Shown piece after piece: positions 50,844 through 58,727 of a stretch of 64,000 bases of DNA. The notes beneath the pieces were generated by a model that was not told the DNA's origin, searched no databases, and worked only from the letters and a program-made list of their open reading frames with translations. The position numbers and the translations under genes were made by a program. Numbering within the stretch: position 1 is the stretch's first letter; each line of letters starts with the position of its first letter. Location of the stretch: IMG/VR virus record IMGVR_UViG_3300017917_002374, positions 186,001 through 250,000 of that record. One strand, 5' to 3'.

Positions 50844-51944
50844 ATGTTTGATGCCATCAAACCATTGTTAGACGCAGGCATTATCAACGAGGATACCCGC
50901 ACCGCTATCAATGAAGCTTGGGAAACCAAGTTAAATGAAGCTCGTGAAAGTATTCGCGCTGAATTGCGTGAGGAATTTGCTCAGCGGTATGAGCATGATA
51001 AAAGTGTAATGGTTGATGCTCTAGACACCATGGTTACCGAAGCTCTATCTGCAGAAATCAAAGAATTTGCAGATGAAAAACAAGCTCTAGCTGAAGATCG
51101 TGTGAAGTTCAAACGTCACATGACTGAAAGCGCAGGCAAGTTTGACCAATTCATGATTGGTAAACTGGCAGAGGAGATCAAAGAGCTACGCGAAGATCGT
51201 AAACAGTATCAAAACTCTATCAAGAGTCTAGAACAATTTGTGATCAAAGCACTAGCAGAAGAGATCCAAGAGTTTGAACAAGACAAAAAAGCAGTAGTGG
51301 AAGCTCGCGTTCGTTTGGTACAAGAAGGCAAGCAGAAACTGGCTGAACTACAAAAGCAGTTTGTTCAGCGTAGCGCACGTCTTGTTAAAGAAGCTGTGTC
51401 AACCAACCTTGAAACTGAGTTAACTCAGCTCAAGGAGGACATCCAAGTGGCTCGTGAGAACATGTTTGGACGTCGTCTATTTGAAGCGTTCGCTGGCGAA
51501 TTCGCTGTTACTCATCTAAATGAGAACAAAGAAGTTGCTAAGATGAAAGCTGAACTAGATCGTAAAGAGCAACAGCTACAAGAAGCAATCTCTAAGGTAG
51601 AAAAAACTGCTATCCTAGTTGAAAGCAAAGAAAGAGAAATCAAGATTATCAGAGAATCACAGGATCGCAAGGTCAAACTAAACGAACTGCTGAAGCCTCT
51701 GAATGAAGAGAAGAGCACCATTATGCGTGAACTTCTTGAGAACGTGCAGACTGAGAAGTTGCAGACTGCATTTGAAAAGTATCTTCCAGCTGTACTGAAC
51801 AACACTTCAGTTAAGAAGTCAGCTGCTAAAGCTGTAATTACTGAAGGTACTGTAGTAACTGGAGATAAGGCTGCTAAGGTCAGCGCGAAGATTGACGACG
51901 TGAATAACGTAATTGATATCAAGCGTTTAGCAGGGCTTAATTAA
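50844..51944 (+). CDS. gp22: Prohead scaffold protein gp22
   Basis: Glu/Lys-rich coiled coil between gp21 and gp23. Confidence 0.8.
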   Translation: MFDAIKPLLDAGIINEDTRTAINEAWETKLNEARESIRAELREEFAQRYEHDKSVMVDALDTMVTEALSAEIKEFADEKQALAEDRVKFKRHMTESAGKFDQFMIGKLAEEIKELREDRKQYQNSIKSLEQFVIKALAEEIQEFEQDKKAVVEARVRLVQEGKQKLAELQKQFVQRSARLVKEAVSTNLETELTQLKEDIQVARENMFGRRLFEAFAGEFAVTHLNENKEVAKMKAELDRKEQQLQEAISKVEKTAILVESKEREIKIIRESQDRKVKLNELLKPLNEEKSTIMRELLENVQTEKLQTAFEKYLPAVLNNTSVKKSAAKAVITEGTVVTGDKAAKVSAKIDDVNNVIDIKRLAGLN

Positions 51945-51971
51945 TAACCCTAAACAGGAGAAGGAAATAAA

Positions 51972-53165
51972 ATGACAAGCGCACTACTAGAAAGCCGTTG
52001 GGGCGAAACCAAAGAAGCCCTGTTAGAAGGCTTAAACGGTTCTAAAAGAACCACAATGGGTGTAATCCTTGAGAACACTCGCAAGTATCTGGCAGAAAGT
52101 GCAACAGCAGGAGCAACTGCTGCCAGCAACGTAGCAACATTAAACCGTGTGATTCTTCCAGTGATTCGCCGTGTGATGCCAACAGTTATCGCTAACGAGA
52201 TTGTTGGTGTTCAGCCAATGACTGGTCCAGTCGCACAAATCCACACACTACGTGTACGTTATGCTGATAGCCAAGCTTCTGGTTCTGGCGATCTAGCAAC
52301 AGGTACCACAGCAGGTGAAGAGGCTCTAAGCCCATTCAAGATTGCTGTTGGCTATTCTGGTGCTACCAGCACAGCAAACACAGGCGGTCGTCCAAGCAGC
52401 ACTTCTACATTAGAAGGTGTTGCAGGTAATCGTATCAACGTGCAAATCATGAAGCAAGTTGTTGAAGCCAAGTCACGCAAGCTGTCAGCTCGCTGGACAT
52501 TTGAAGCTGCTCAAGATGCACAAGCCATGCATGGTTTGGACATTGAAGCAGAAATCATGGCAGCTCTTGCTCAAGAGATCACTGTTGAGATTGACCAAGA
52601 AATTCTGGGCTCACTGCGTAGCCTAGCAGCAACCGAAGAAACTTTTGACCAGAGCACCGTTTCTGGTACAGCTACTTTCGTTGGTGACGAGCATGCTGCA
52701 CTGGCAGTTCTAATCAACCGTGTTGCAAACAAGATTGCAAGCCGCACACGTCGTGGTGCTGGTAACTGGGCAGTTGTTAGCCCAGCTACACTCACAGTAC
52801 TACAGAGTGCAACAACCTCCGCTTTTGCACGTACCACAGAAGGTACCTTTGAAGCACCAACTAACACCAAGTTTGTTGGTACACTGAATGGCGCAATGCG
52901 TGTGTATGTGGACAGCTATGCTGGTGACAGCCAGGCTGTGTTGGTTGGCTACAAGGGTAGCAGCGAGGCAGATGCAGCAGCATTCTACTGCCCATATGTT
53001 CCTCTAATGAGTTCTGGTGTTGTGCTGGATCCATCAACATTTGAACCAGTCGTGGGCTTTATGACACGTTATGGTTATGTTGAATTGACCAACACTGCTT
53101 CTTCTCTAGGTAACGCAGCAGATTACCTGGGCGAGATCAGCGTAAGCAACCTCAGCTTCCAATAA
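51972..53165 (+). CDS. gp23: Major capsid protein gp23
   Basis: EIVGVQPMTGP, KSRKLSARWTFEAAQD, ALAQEITVEIDQEI, FYCPYVPL and FMTRYG; candidate LAE|S maturation site. Confidence 0.96.
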   Translation: MTSALLESRWGETKEALLEGLNGSKRTTMGVILENTRKYLAESATAGATAASNVATLNRVILPVIRRVMPTVIANEIVGVQPMTGPVAQIHTLRVRYADSQASGSGDLATGTTAGEEALSPFKIAVGYSGATSTANTGGRPSSTSTLEGVAGNRINVQIMKQVVEAKSRKLSARWTFEAAQDAQAMHGLDIEAEIMAALAQEITVEIDQEILGSLRSLAATEETFDQSTVSGTATFVGDEHAALAVLINRVANKIASRTRRGAGNWAVVSPATLTVLQSATTSAFARTTEGTFEAPTNTKFVGTLNGAMRVYVDSYAGDSQAVLVGYKGSSEADAAAFYCPYVPLMSSGVVLDPSTFEPVVGFMTRYGYVELTNTASSLGNAADYLGEISVSNLSFQ

Positions 53166-53188
53166 TTCCACTCGGGATGGGAAACATT

Positions 53189-53211
53189 AAACCGCCGCAA
53201 GGCGGTTTTTT
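53189..53211 (+). terminator. Intrinsic terminator after gp23
   Basis: AAACCGCC-GCAA-GGCGGTTT followed by TTT. Confidence 0.9.
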
Positions 53212-53218
53212 GTTGGTC

Positions 53219-53246
53219 AAAAAAATACCTGGGTTGCCCCAGGTAT
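53219..53246 (-). terminator. Minus-strand intrinsic terminator
   Basis: On the minus strand, ATACCTGGG-GCAA-CCCAGGTAT followed by TTTTTT. Confidence 0.8.
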
Positions 53247-53283
53247 CTTAAAAACTAAACAGGATGCTGTCTGACTAGCATCA
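53219..53283 (-). ncRNA. Candidate ~65-nt small RNA (or leaderless 8-aa micro-ORF MLVRQHPV, 53255-53281)
   Basis: Bounded by a TTGCTT-17-TATAAT promoter and a terminator; has a 5' hairpin GATGCT/AGCATC and a U-rich linker. Confidence 0.5.
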
Positions 53284-53289
53284 AGTGTT

Positions 53290-53318
53290 ATTATATAGTC
53301 TCAGTTGGTTTAAAGCAA
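53290..53318 (-). promoter_or_regulatory. Sigma70-like promoter TTGCTT-17-TATAAT
   Basis: aagcaa 53313-53318 and attata 53290-53295 on + strand; perfect -10; same -35 as the gp55 promoter. Confidence 0.65.
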
Positions 53319-53326
53319 ACTTTATG

Positions 53327-53333
53327 ATAAATA
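53327..53333 (+). promoter_or_regulatory. Late promoter ATAAATA
   Basis: Precedes a structured ~80-nt leader and ATG 53421. Confidence 0.6.
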
Positions 53334-53420
53334 ATTTTGTTCTAATCATTTGAGCCTCATTAGAGGACTTTGCGGCACCCACCGCGAGGCCTAGAACGCC
53401 ATTACAAGGAGATAAAACAA

Positions 53421-54098
53421 ATGGGACGTCCAATTAGTAAAAAATATATTAATCCACTGGGTGTAGGACCTGGTGGCGAAGGTGTAACAATCACATCTGG
53501 TAATGCAGTTGCAACATTCAGTGATGTTGGTAGCGGATACTATGCAGCCAACGTAAGCGCAACTGTCAGCGCACCACAATTAACAAACGGTACAACTGCA
53601 ACCATTGGTACAGTTTATTTGTTTGCCAATGGTGCGATCAAGGCACTTGGTGTTTCAAACGCCGGCTCTGGCTATACCGCAGCACCAACTGTGACATTCT
53701 TTGGTGCAAACAGTGGGCCAGCTGCTGCTACAGTGGCAATTGATGCGGCTACTACCAGTGCTAATGCTATTCTAGCCAACTGCTTCTTTACCACAGGCAG
53801 TGTGGGAGTGTTAACAGCAGACATCTTAAAAGCACGTGGTGCTCGTACTTTTGTGTGCAAAACTGGTTCAACAGTTGAAACATTAAAACTGATCACCAGT
53901 CCAAACGCCAATCCATACGCAGGCGGACAAATGACTATCACAGCTACATTTGCTGATGCTAGTACATTTAACGTGGCTAAAATCACAAACCGTAAGGTTT
54001 ACAGCTCAACTGGACAAAGCTACAAGTGGACATTAACCACTGGCGCAGCGGCCAATGTATCAGCTACTGATATCACTGTGGTTGTTTCTAGTCTGTAA
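53421..54098 (+). CDS. Virion structural protein (MGRP… start; possible head decoration)
   Basis: AAGGAG RBS before ATG 53421 (track's TTG 53370 rejected); contains GSGYTAAPTVTF module; has its own promoter and terminator. Confidence 0.6.
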   Translation: MGRPISKKYINPLGVGPGGEGVTITSGNAVATFSDVGSGYYAANVSATVSAPQLTNGTTATIGTVYLFANGAIKALGVSNAGSGYTAAPTVTFFGANSGPAAATVAIDAATTSANAILANCFFTTGSVGVLTADILKARGARTFVCKTGSTVETLKLITSPNANPYAGGQMTITATFADASTFNVAKITNRKVYSSTGQSYKWTLTTGAAANVSATDITVVVSSL

Positions 54099-54111
54099 TT
54101 TTAACTGATCT

Positions 54112-54142
54112 AAAGAAAGGGGGCTTGACCCCCTTTCTTTTT
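54112..54142. terminator. Intrinsic terminator (potentially bidirectional)
   Basis: 12-bp stem AAAGAAAGGGGG/CCCCCTTTCTTT, loop CTTGA. Confidence 0.85.
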
Positions 54143-54160
54143 GGGCGCAGAATCTATCAG

Positions 54161-54166
54161 TAAATA
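54161..54166 (+). promoter_or_regulatory. Late promoter TAAATA (glycosyltransferase)
   Basis: Upstream of GGAGGA RBS and ATG 54182. Confidence 0.6.
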
Positions 54167-54181
54167 TTCTGCGGAGGAATC

Positions 54182-55270
54182 ATGAAAGTTATTTTAACTA
54201 TAGCAGCTGGTAGACGATTAAGCATGTCTGGACTTATACCACAATTACTGGCCCAAGAAGGATGGGACGAACTGCACGTTTGGGTAAACACCAAAGAACA
54301 AGATGATCTACATTTTCTTAGAGCTTTGCCAGGTTTGGACCCAAGAATCAAACTTAAATATCTAAAAGCCAAAACTTTACAACAGATAGAAGATGAATAT
54401 GTTATTGAAAGCCAAAAGGCAGGTAACATTGGCGATTGGTGGCCGGCAAACTGCACTGACCCTGATGCCATTTATGTGCGTTTTGATGACGACATTGTTT
54501 TTGTAGAACAAGGAACAGTAAAGGCTCTAGTAGAAGCCAGATTAAAATACCCTGATCCTTATCTGATTTTTCCTGTGATTATTAATAATGCTGTCCTAGC
54601 ACACTATTTGGAGCAAGCAGGCAAGCTAAAACATCCACAAGGCAAAAGCTACACACCTTATGTGTTTGACCCACTGATATGGAGCCCAAACATGTGTTTT
54701 GATATTCATAATCAATTTATAGATCAGGTCAACCAACATGGAGTAGAACATTTTCATATCTCAGATATTGATCTACCCCCACAGCATATCAGTATAAATT
54801 GCATGGTTTATTTTGGCAAAGACATAGCCGAATGGGGTGGTGAGTTTGGTCTTAATGGAGAGGAAGGATTTATTACCTGTCAGGTGCCTTATTGGAACAA
54901 ACGCAATCTCATGATTCTTGGCAGTAAAGTGGTATGTCACATGGCATTTCACACACAACGCGGTCATTGGGAATCTCAAGCTGAAGACCAAGACGTTGAT
55001 CATTTTATTACACAAATTAAAACCACTAATCAAGTGTCTAAAGAGCTTGAAGAAAAATATCACAAAAATGTTGAATTTCGCAATACAGTAACTAAAAAAA
55101 TAGACTATCATAATTCCAGTTTAACAATTCTTGAAAAATATCGTGCGCTGCATGGCGATTTATATGGAATTGAAGGGTATCCTGTTGTACATGACACATG
55201 GAACTGGGATGAAATACACGCAGAGATTCAAAAATTTAAAGAGACTTGTGGCAATCAGCCCATTGCATAA
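54182..55270 (+). CDS. Putative glycosyltransferase (GT-A fold)
   Basis: N-terminal beta strand VILTIAAGRR; YVRFDDDIVFV (DxD motif); FPVIINNA; conserved H in VVCHMAF. Confidence 0.65.
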   Translation: MKVILTIAAGRRLSMSGLIPQLLAQEGWDELHVWVNTKEQDDLHFLRALPGLDPRIKLKYLKAKTLQQIEDEYVIESQKAGNIGDWWPANCTDPDAIYVRFDDDIVFVEQGTVKALVEARLKYPDPYLIFPVIINNAVLAHYLEQAGKLKHPQGKSYTPYVFDPLIWSPNMCFDIHNQFIDQVNQHGVEHFHISDIDLPPQHISINCMVYFGKDIAEWGGEFGLNGEEGFITCQVPYWNKRNLMILGSKVVCHMAFHTQRGHWESQAEDQDVDHFITQIKTTNQVSKELEEKYHKNVEFRNTVTKKIDYHNSSLTILEKYRALHGDLYGIEGYPVVHDTWNWDEIHAEIQKFKETCGNQPIA

Positions 55271-55273
55271 ATA
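55267..55273 (+). promoter_or_regulatory. Late promoter ATAAATA
   Basis: Overlaps the GT stop codon; 20 nt before ATG 55294. Confidence 0.55.
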
Positions 55274-55293
55274 AAGCAAACGGTTAATTTCCT

Positions 55294-55938
55294 ATGAGTA
55301 TTATTAAAAACGCTAGTGGCCCTTATGTAATCCGCACTATAAATGCTTCAGATCCAATAATTTTGGATTCTGGTAATGTGATTATCAATGGCAATTTGTT
55401 TGCAAGAGGCAGTTCAACCACTATCAGCACCACAAACACAGATATCTACGATAACACTATTACTTTGAACAAGGGTGTGACCGGGTCTCCTATACTAAAC
55501 GCTGGTATAAGTGTGGTACGAGGTACTAGCCCAAATGTTGAGGTACGCTGGAACGAAGGCACACAAAATTGGCAAATTACCAATGATGGTAGCGTCTACT
55601 ATGACATCGTGGCAACTACTACAGGAAATACCCGATTAGTAGACGATGCTAATCCTCAATTGGGTGCCAATCTAAATACAGCTAATTTTGCTATTCGTAA
55701 CAACAACGGAAGTTTAGTTTACATTGACCCAACTGATGCTCTACGTGTAGACGGTAATATTCAAATTAAAAAAGTTCCAAACTTTCCCACACCGTCTGTG
55801 GTTACAGATTATAATGTGTTGGTTTCGTCAAATGTTGGTACAGGCGGAACTGGTTTGTATATTACCAACGACGAAGGAATTACTAATCAAGAGCTTATTA
55901 GTAAATCTAGAGCGGTAGTGTACAGTATAATATTTTAA
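55294..55938 (+). CDS. Virion structural/fibre-associated protein
   Basis: INGNLFARGSSTTISTT…DNTITLN; WNEGTQNWQIT; DANPQLGANLN modules typical of T4-like fibres. Confidence 0.55.
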   Translation: MSIIKNASGPYVIRTINASDPIILDSGNVIINGNLFARGSSTTISTTNTDIYDNTITLNKGVTGSPILNAGISVVRGTSPNVEVRWNEGTQNWQITNDGSVYYDIVATTTGNTRLVDDANPQLGANLNTANFAIRNNNGSLVYIDPTDALRVDGNIQIKKVPNFPTPSVVTDYNVLVSSNVGTGGTGLYITNDEGITNQELISKSRAVVYSIIF

Positions 55939-55949
55939 GGTAACAGTTT

Positions 55950-56261
55950 ATGTCAATTTTTAATTCAACATTAGTAGATTCAGTGGCCAGTTCTGTTTAT
56001 ACATCAACCGGTAACAGTGCTGTAACCACAGCATATTTTTGCAATAAAACCCCAAGCGCGGTGATTGTGAATGTGTTTGTTGTGGCATCTGGTGCTGTGG
56101 CTAGTGGCGATAACATTATCTATAGCAATCTTAATATTGCAGGTTACGATACCTATGTGATGGAAACTGAACGATTGCTGTTTAACAATGGCGATTTTAT
56201 TTCAGCAAACAGCAGTGTGCCAAGTGCAGTAGTATCAACAGTTAGTTTCACAGGTATTTAA
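55950..56261 (+). CDS. Small virion structural protein
   Basis: 103-aa all-beta-like ORF within the late operon. Confidence 0.5.
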   Translation: MSIFNSTLVDSVASSVYTSTGNSAVTTAYFCNKTPSAVIVNVFVVASGAVASGDNIIYSNLNIAGYDTYVMETERLLFNNGDFISANSSVPSAVVSTVSFTGI

Positions 56262-56263
56262 AC

Positions 56264-56713
56264 ATGGGAAGATTTTTAAAAAATCGTGAACTGGAAAGTC
56301 AAGGGTATTCAACTAGAATGCCATTTGGGTCAACTGCACTTAGAACCAGCACTCCGGTTAATGGTCTGTTTAGATTCAACACAGATACCAATCGTGTGGA
56401 AGTGTATTATAACTCAACTTGGAACACCATAGCCAAAGTGGGTATCAGTCAAATTGTCAAAGACAGTCAAGGAGCCACAGCACCAGGTGCTAACCTTGAA
56501 GCAGCTGATGGTAGTAGAACCACTTTTACCATGAGCAAAAGCTACAATGCTGGGCAGGAAACACAAGTGCTCATCTATGTGGGCAATATTTTTCAAAATC
56601 CTGGAGTGGCCTATACATTCAACGGAACCACAACAGTTACGTTTACAAGTCCGCCGCCACTGGGACAAACCATAATCATTCTGCACAATTTGCCAAGTAC
56701 AGACACCATTTGA
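56264..56713 (+). CDS. Virion structural protein sharing modules with the downstream fibres
   Basis: GLFRFNTDTNRVEVYYNSTW and GNIFQNPGVAYTF…TFTSPP modules. Confidence 0.55.
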   Translation: MGRFLKNRELESQGYSTRMPFGSTALRTSTPVNGLFRFNTDTNRVEVYYNSTWNTIAKVGISQIVKDSQGATAPGANLEAADGSRTTFTMSKSYNAGQETQVLIYVGNIFQNPGVAYTFNGTTTVTFTSPPPLGQTIIILHNLPSTDTI

Positions 56714-56719
56714 TAGCCA

Positions 56720-56726
56720 ATAAATA
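56720..56726 (+). promoter_or_regulatory. Late promoter ATAAATA
   Basis: Upstream of AGGAG RBS and ATG 56745. Confidence 0.6.
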
Positions 56727-56744
56727 ATCTTGTAGGAGAGCATA

Positions 56745-58637
56745 ATGGCTATTGGACGAGTCGCTGGACCCATGTTACTTTCAACCCTGGATCGTCAGGG
56801 CGTTGATTTAAATTTTGTAACAGATCCAGGTACCGGCGCACAAACACTGGTATACTTAGATTTTAGTAACTTCCGTATGGGAGTAAACACCAGTGCGACC
56901 ACGGAACGCCTTACAGTAGAAGGCAACATCAGTGTAAATGCCTATATCAAAACCAGCGCACTCAATCAGCCACTGTACCTAGAAGCCAACGGAACCGGGC
57001 AAACCATTATCGCCAATGTAAATGTGGTGAAAGGCAACATAAATGCCACAGATATTGGCACAACCATTCCTTCGACTGCACGATTCACCAGTGCAAATAC
57101 CACAGGCAAACTGACTGCAAACACTCTGCAAGTGGAAAATCTTGCACCAGGAAGAATTGTATTCAGTGATGGCAATGGTCTCAAGGACGATGCTGACTTG
57201 CTGTTCTTTACCAGCAACAACACCTTTTATGCCACATCTATTGAAAGTGCCGGCACAGTTGGCTATGCTAACTTGAATATCACTGGTGAGTTCATATATG
57301 ACTTTGCCACTCCAAGTAGTGTACCTTACTTTACAGCCAACAACATGCTGTATATCAGTCCAGGCATAAGATTCTTTGAAGGCAACTCTGTATTTCGCGC
57401 GAATAATGTACAAATAGCATCGCAGCCGATCAATCGTGTGCTTTATACTGGTTCAGGAAATGCAGCAATCACTTCAGCTGCATTATTGTATGATGGATCT
57501 ACTTTTACATCTTCAGGTATCACACGACTTGGCGGCATTCAGTTTACCAGCCAAACCATATCAGGAATTGGAGTAGACACTGACATAACCATTAGCCCTG
57601 ACGGGTTAGGCACAGTTAACGTGAATAACCATAGAATATCAAATATTGATACTCCGGTAAATGGCGCAGACGCAGCTACCAAACAGTATGTTGACGAGCG
57701 TGTGGTGATTTCTAACACCAACAGAATTTTCCAAGCGTCCAGTCAAGTGATTGTGCAAGATAACGGACTGGGCACAGCCAATGTTGCAATAAGCATAAAC
57801 AACACTCAAATAGCAAGATTCACTGATACTTTTGCTTTTATTGGTGATCTTTCCATATACGACAACATACTTAATAGCGTAGCAGGCGAAATCATATTCA
57901 ATCCTGCACTGCAAAATAGAATTAGAGTGGATGCTACTTCGTCAATACTGGTACCAGTTGGACTCACAGCAGATCGTCCCCCAATACCAGAGACTGGAGA
58001 TTTACGTTTCAACACCGAACTAGGCACAATTGAATGGTACACTGGATCCGAGTGGGATAATGCCACGGCAGCCAATACCATTGCCAGTCAAATTATTATA
58101 CCCAACGGAGTGGATAATACATTTACCTTGGACCAAGGTGCTACTACAGACACAATTCTGGTAAGCATTAACGGTGTGATACAAGCTCCTAGCAGTGCTT
58201 ACTCTGTTACAGGCACCACACTTACTCTTACTGAAGTTCCACTGTCTACTGACAACATTGAAGTTCGGTTCTTGGCAGCAGGCATAGCATTTGCATCAAA
58301 TCCTAGATTTATTAACTCAACATACGCCAATGTAACCACAGGCGGAAACACTGTGGATATCTTTAGTATTGCACAATATCGTTCAGCAGTGTACGACTTT
58401 ACTGTGAGAAACATTACCACAGCACAGTATCAAGTTGGAGAAATATTTCTAGTTCACAACAATATATCTGGTAATGTGCAAGCAGCAACAAAAACCAGAA
58501 TTGGAACACAAACTGATCTAGTTACCTGGAGCGTTACCATAGACGGATTGGGTGTAGTGCGCTTAAGAGCTACTGCAACCACTGCAACAGGTACCACCCA
58601 GGTCAAGCTGGGCAGAACCTACTTCAACGACCAGTAA
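56745..58637 (+). CDS. Tail/neck fibre-like structural protein (630 aa)
   Basis: DAATKQYVD, GDLRFNTELGTIEWY and INGVIQAP modules; C-terminal YRSAVY domain paralogous to the 1,431-aa protein. Confidence 0.6.
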   Translation: MAIGRVAGPMLLSTLDRQGVDLNFVTDPGTGAQTLVYLDFSNFRMGVNTSATTERLTVEGNISVNAYIKTSALNQPLYLEANGTGQTIIANVNVVKGNINATDIGTTIPSTARFTSANTTGKLTANTLQVENLAPGRIVFSDGNGLKDDADLLFFTSNNTFYATSIESAGTVGYANLNITGEFIYDFATPSSVPYFTANNMLYISPGIRFFEGNSVFRANNVQIASQPINRVLYTGSGNAAITSAALLYDGSTFTSSGITRLGGIQFTSQTISGIGVDTDITISPDGLGTVNVNNHRISNIDTPVNGADAATKQYVDERVVISNTNRIFQASSQVIVQDNGLGTANVAISINNTQIARFTDTFAFIGDLSIYDNILNSVAGEIIFNPALQNRIRVDATSSILVPVGLTADRPPIPETGDLRFNTELGTIEWYTGSEWDNATAANTIASQIIIPNGVDNTFTLDQGATTDTILVSINGVIQAPSSAYSVTGTTLTLTEVPLSTDNIEVRFLAAGIAFASNPRFINSTYANVTTGGNTVDIFSIAQYRSAVYDFTVRNITTAQYQVGEIFLVHNNISGNVQAATKTRIGTQTDLVTWSVTIDGLGVVRLRATATTATGTTQVKLGRTYFNDQ

Positions 58638-58689
58638 ACTGCGTATATTGCATTTTTTTGCTGTAGCAGCCCATAATCCAAAATTTCGC

Positions 58690-58695
58690 TAAATA
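58690..58695 (+). promoter_or_regulatory. Late promoter TAAATA
   Basis: Upstream of AGGAG RBS and ATG 58728. Confidence 0.55.
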
Positions 58696-58727
58696 GTTAA
58701 AATTGATGCCTTTCAGGAGCTTGGTTC

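Noticed and set aside
1126-53420. Track start codons GTG 1126, TTG 42027, ATG 43990 and TTG 53370
   Set aside because: Downstream ATGs (1177, 42033, 43978, 53421) fit the promoter/RBS positions better.
58648-58677. Possible sigma70 promoter TTGCAT-18-CATAAT
   Set aside because: Imperfect -10 and spacer; a late motif nearby explains expression.
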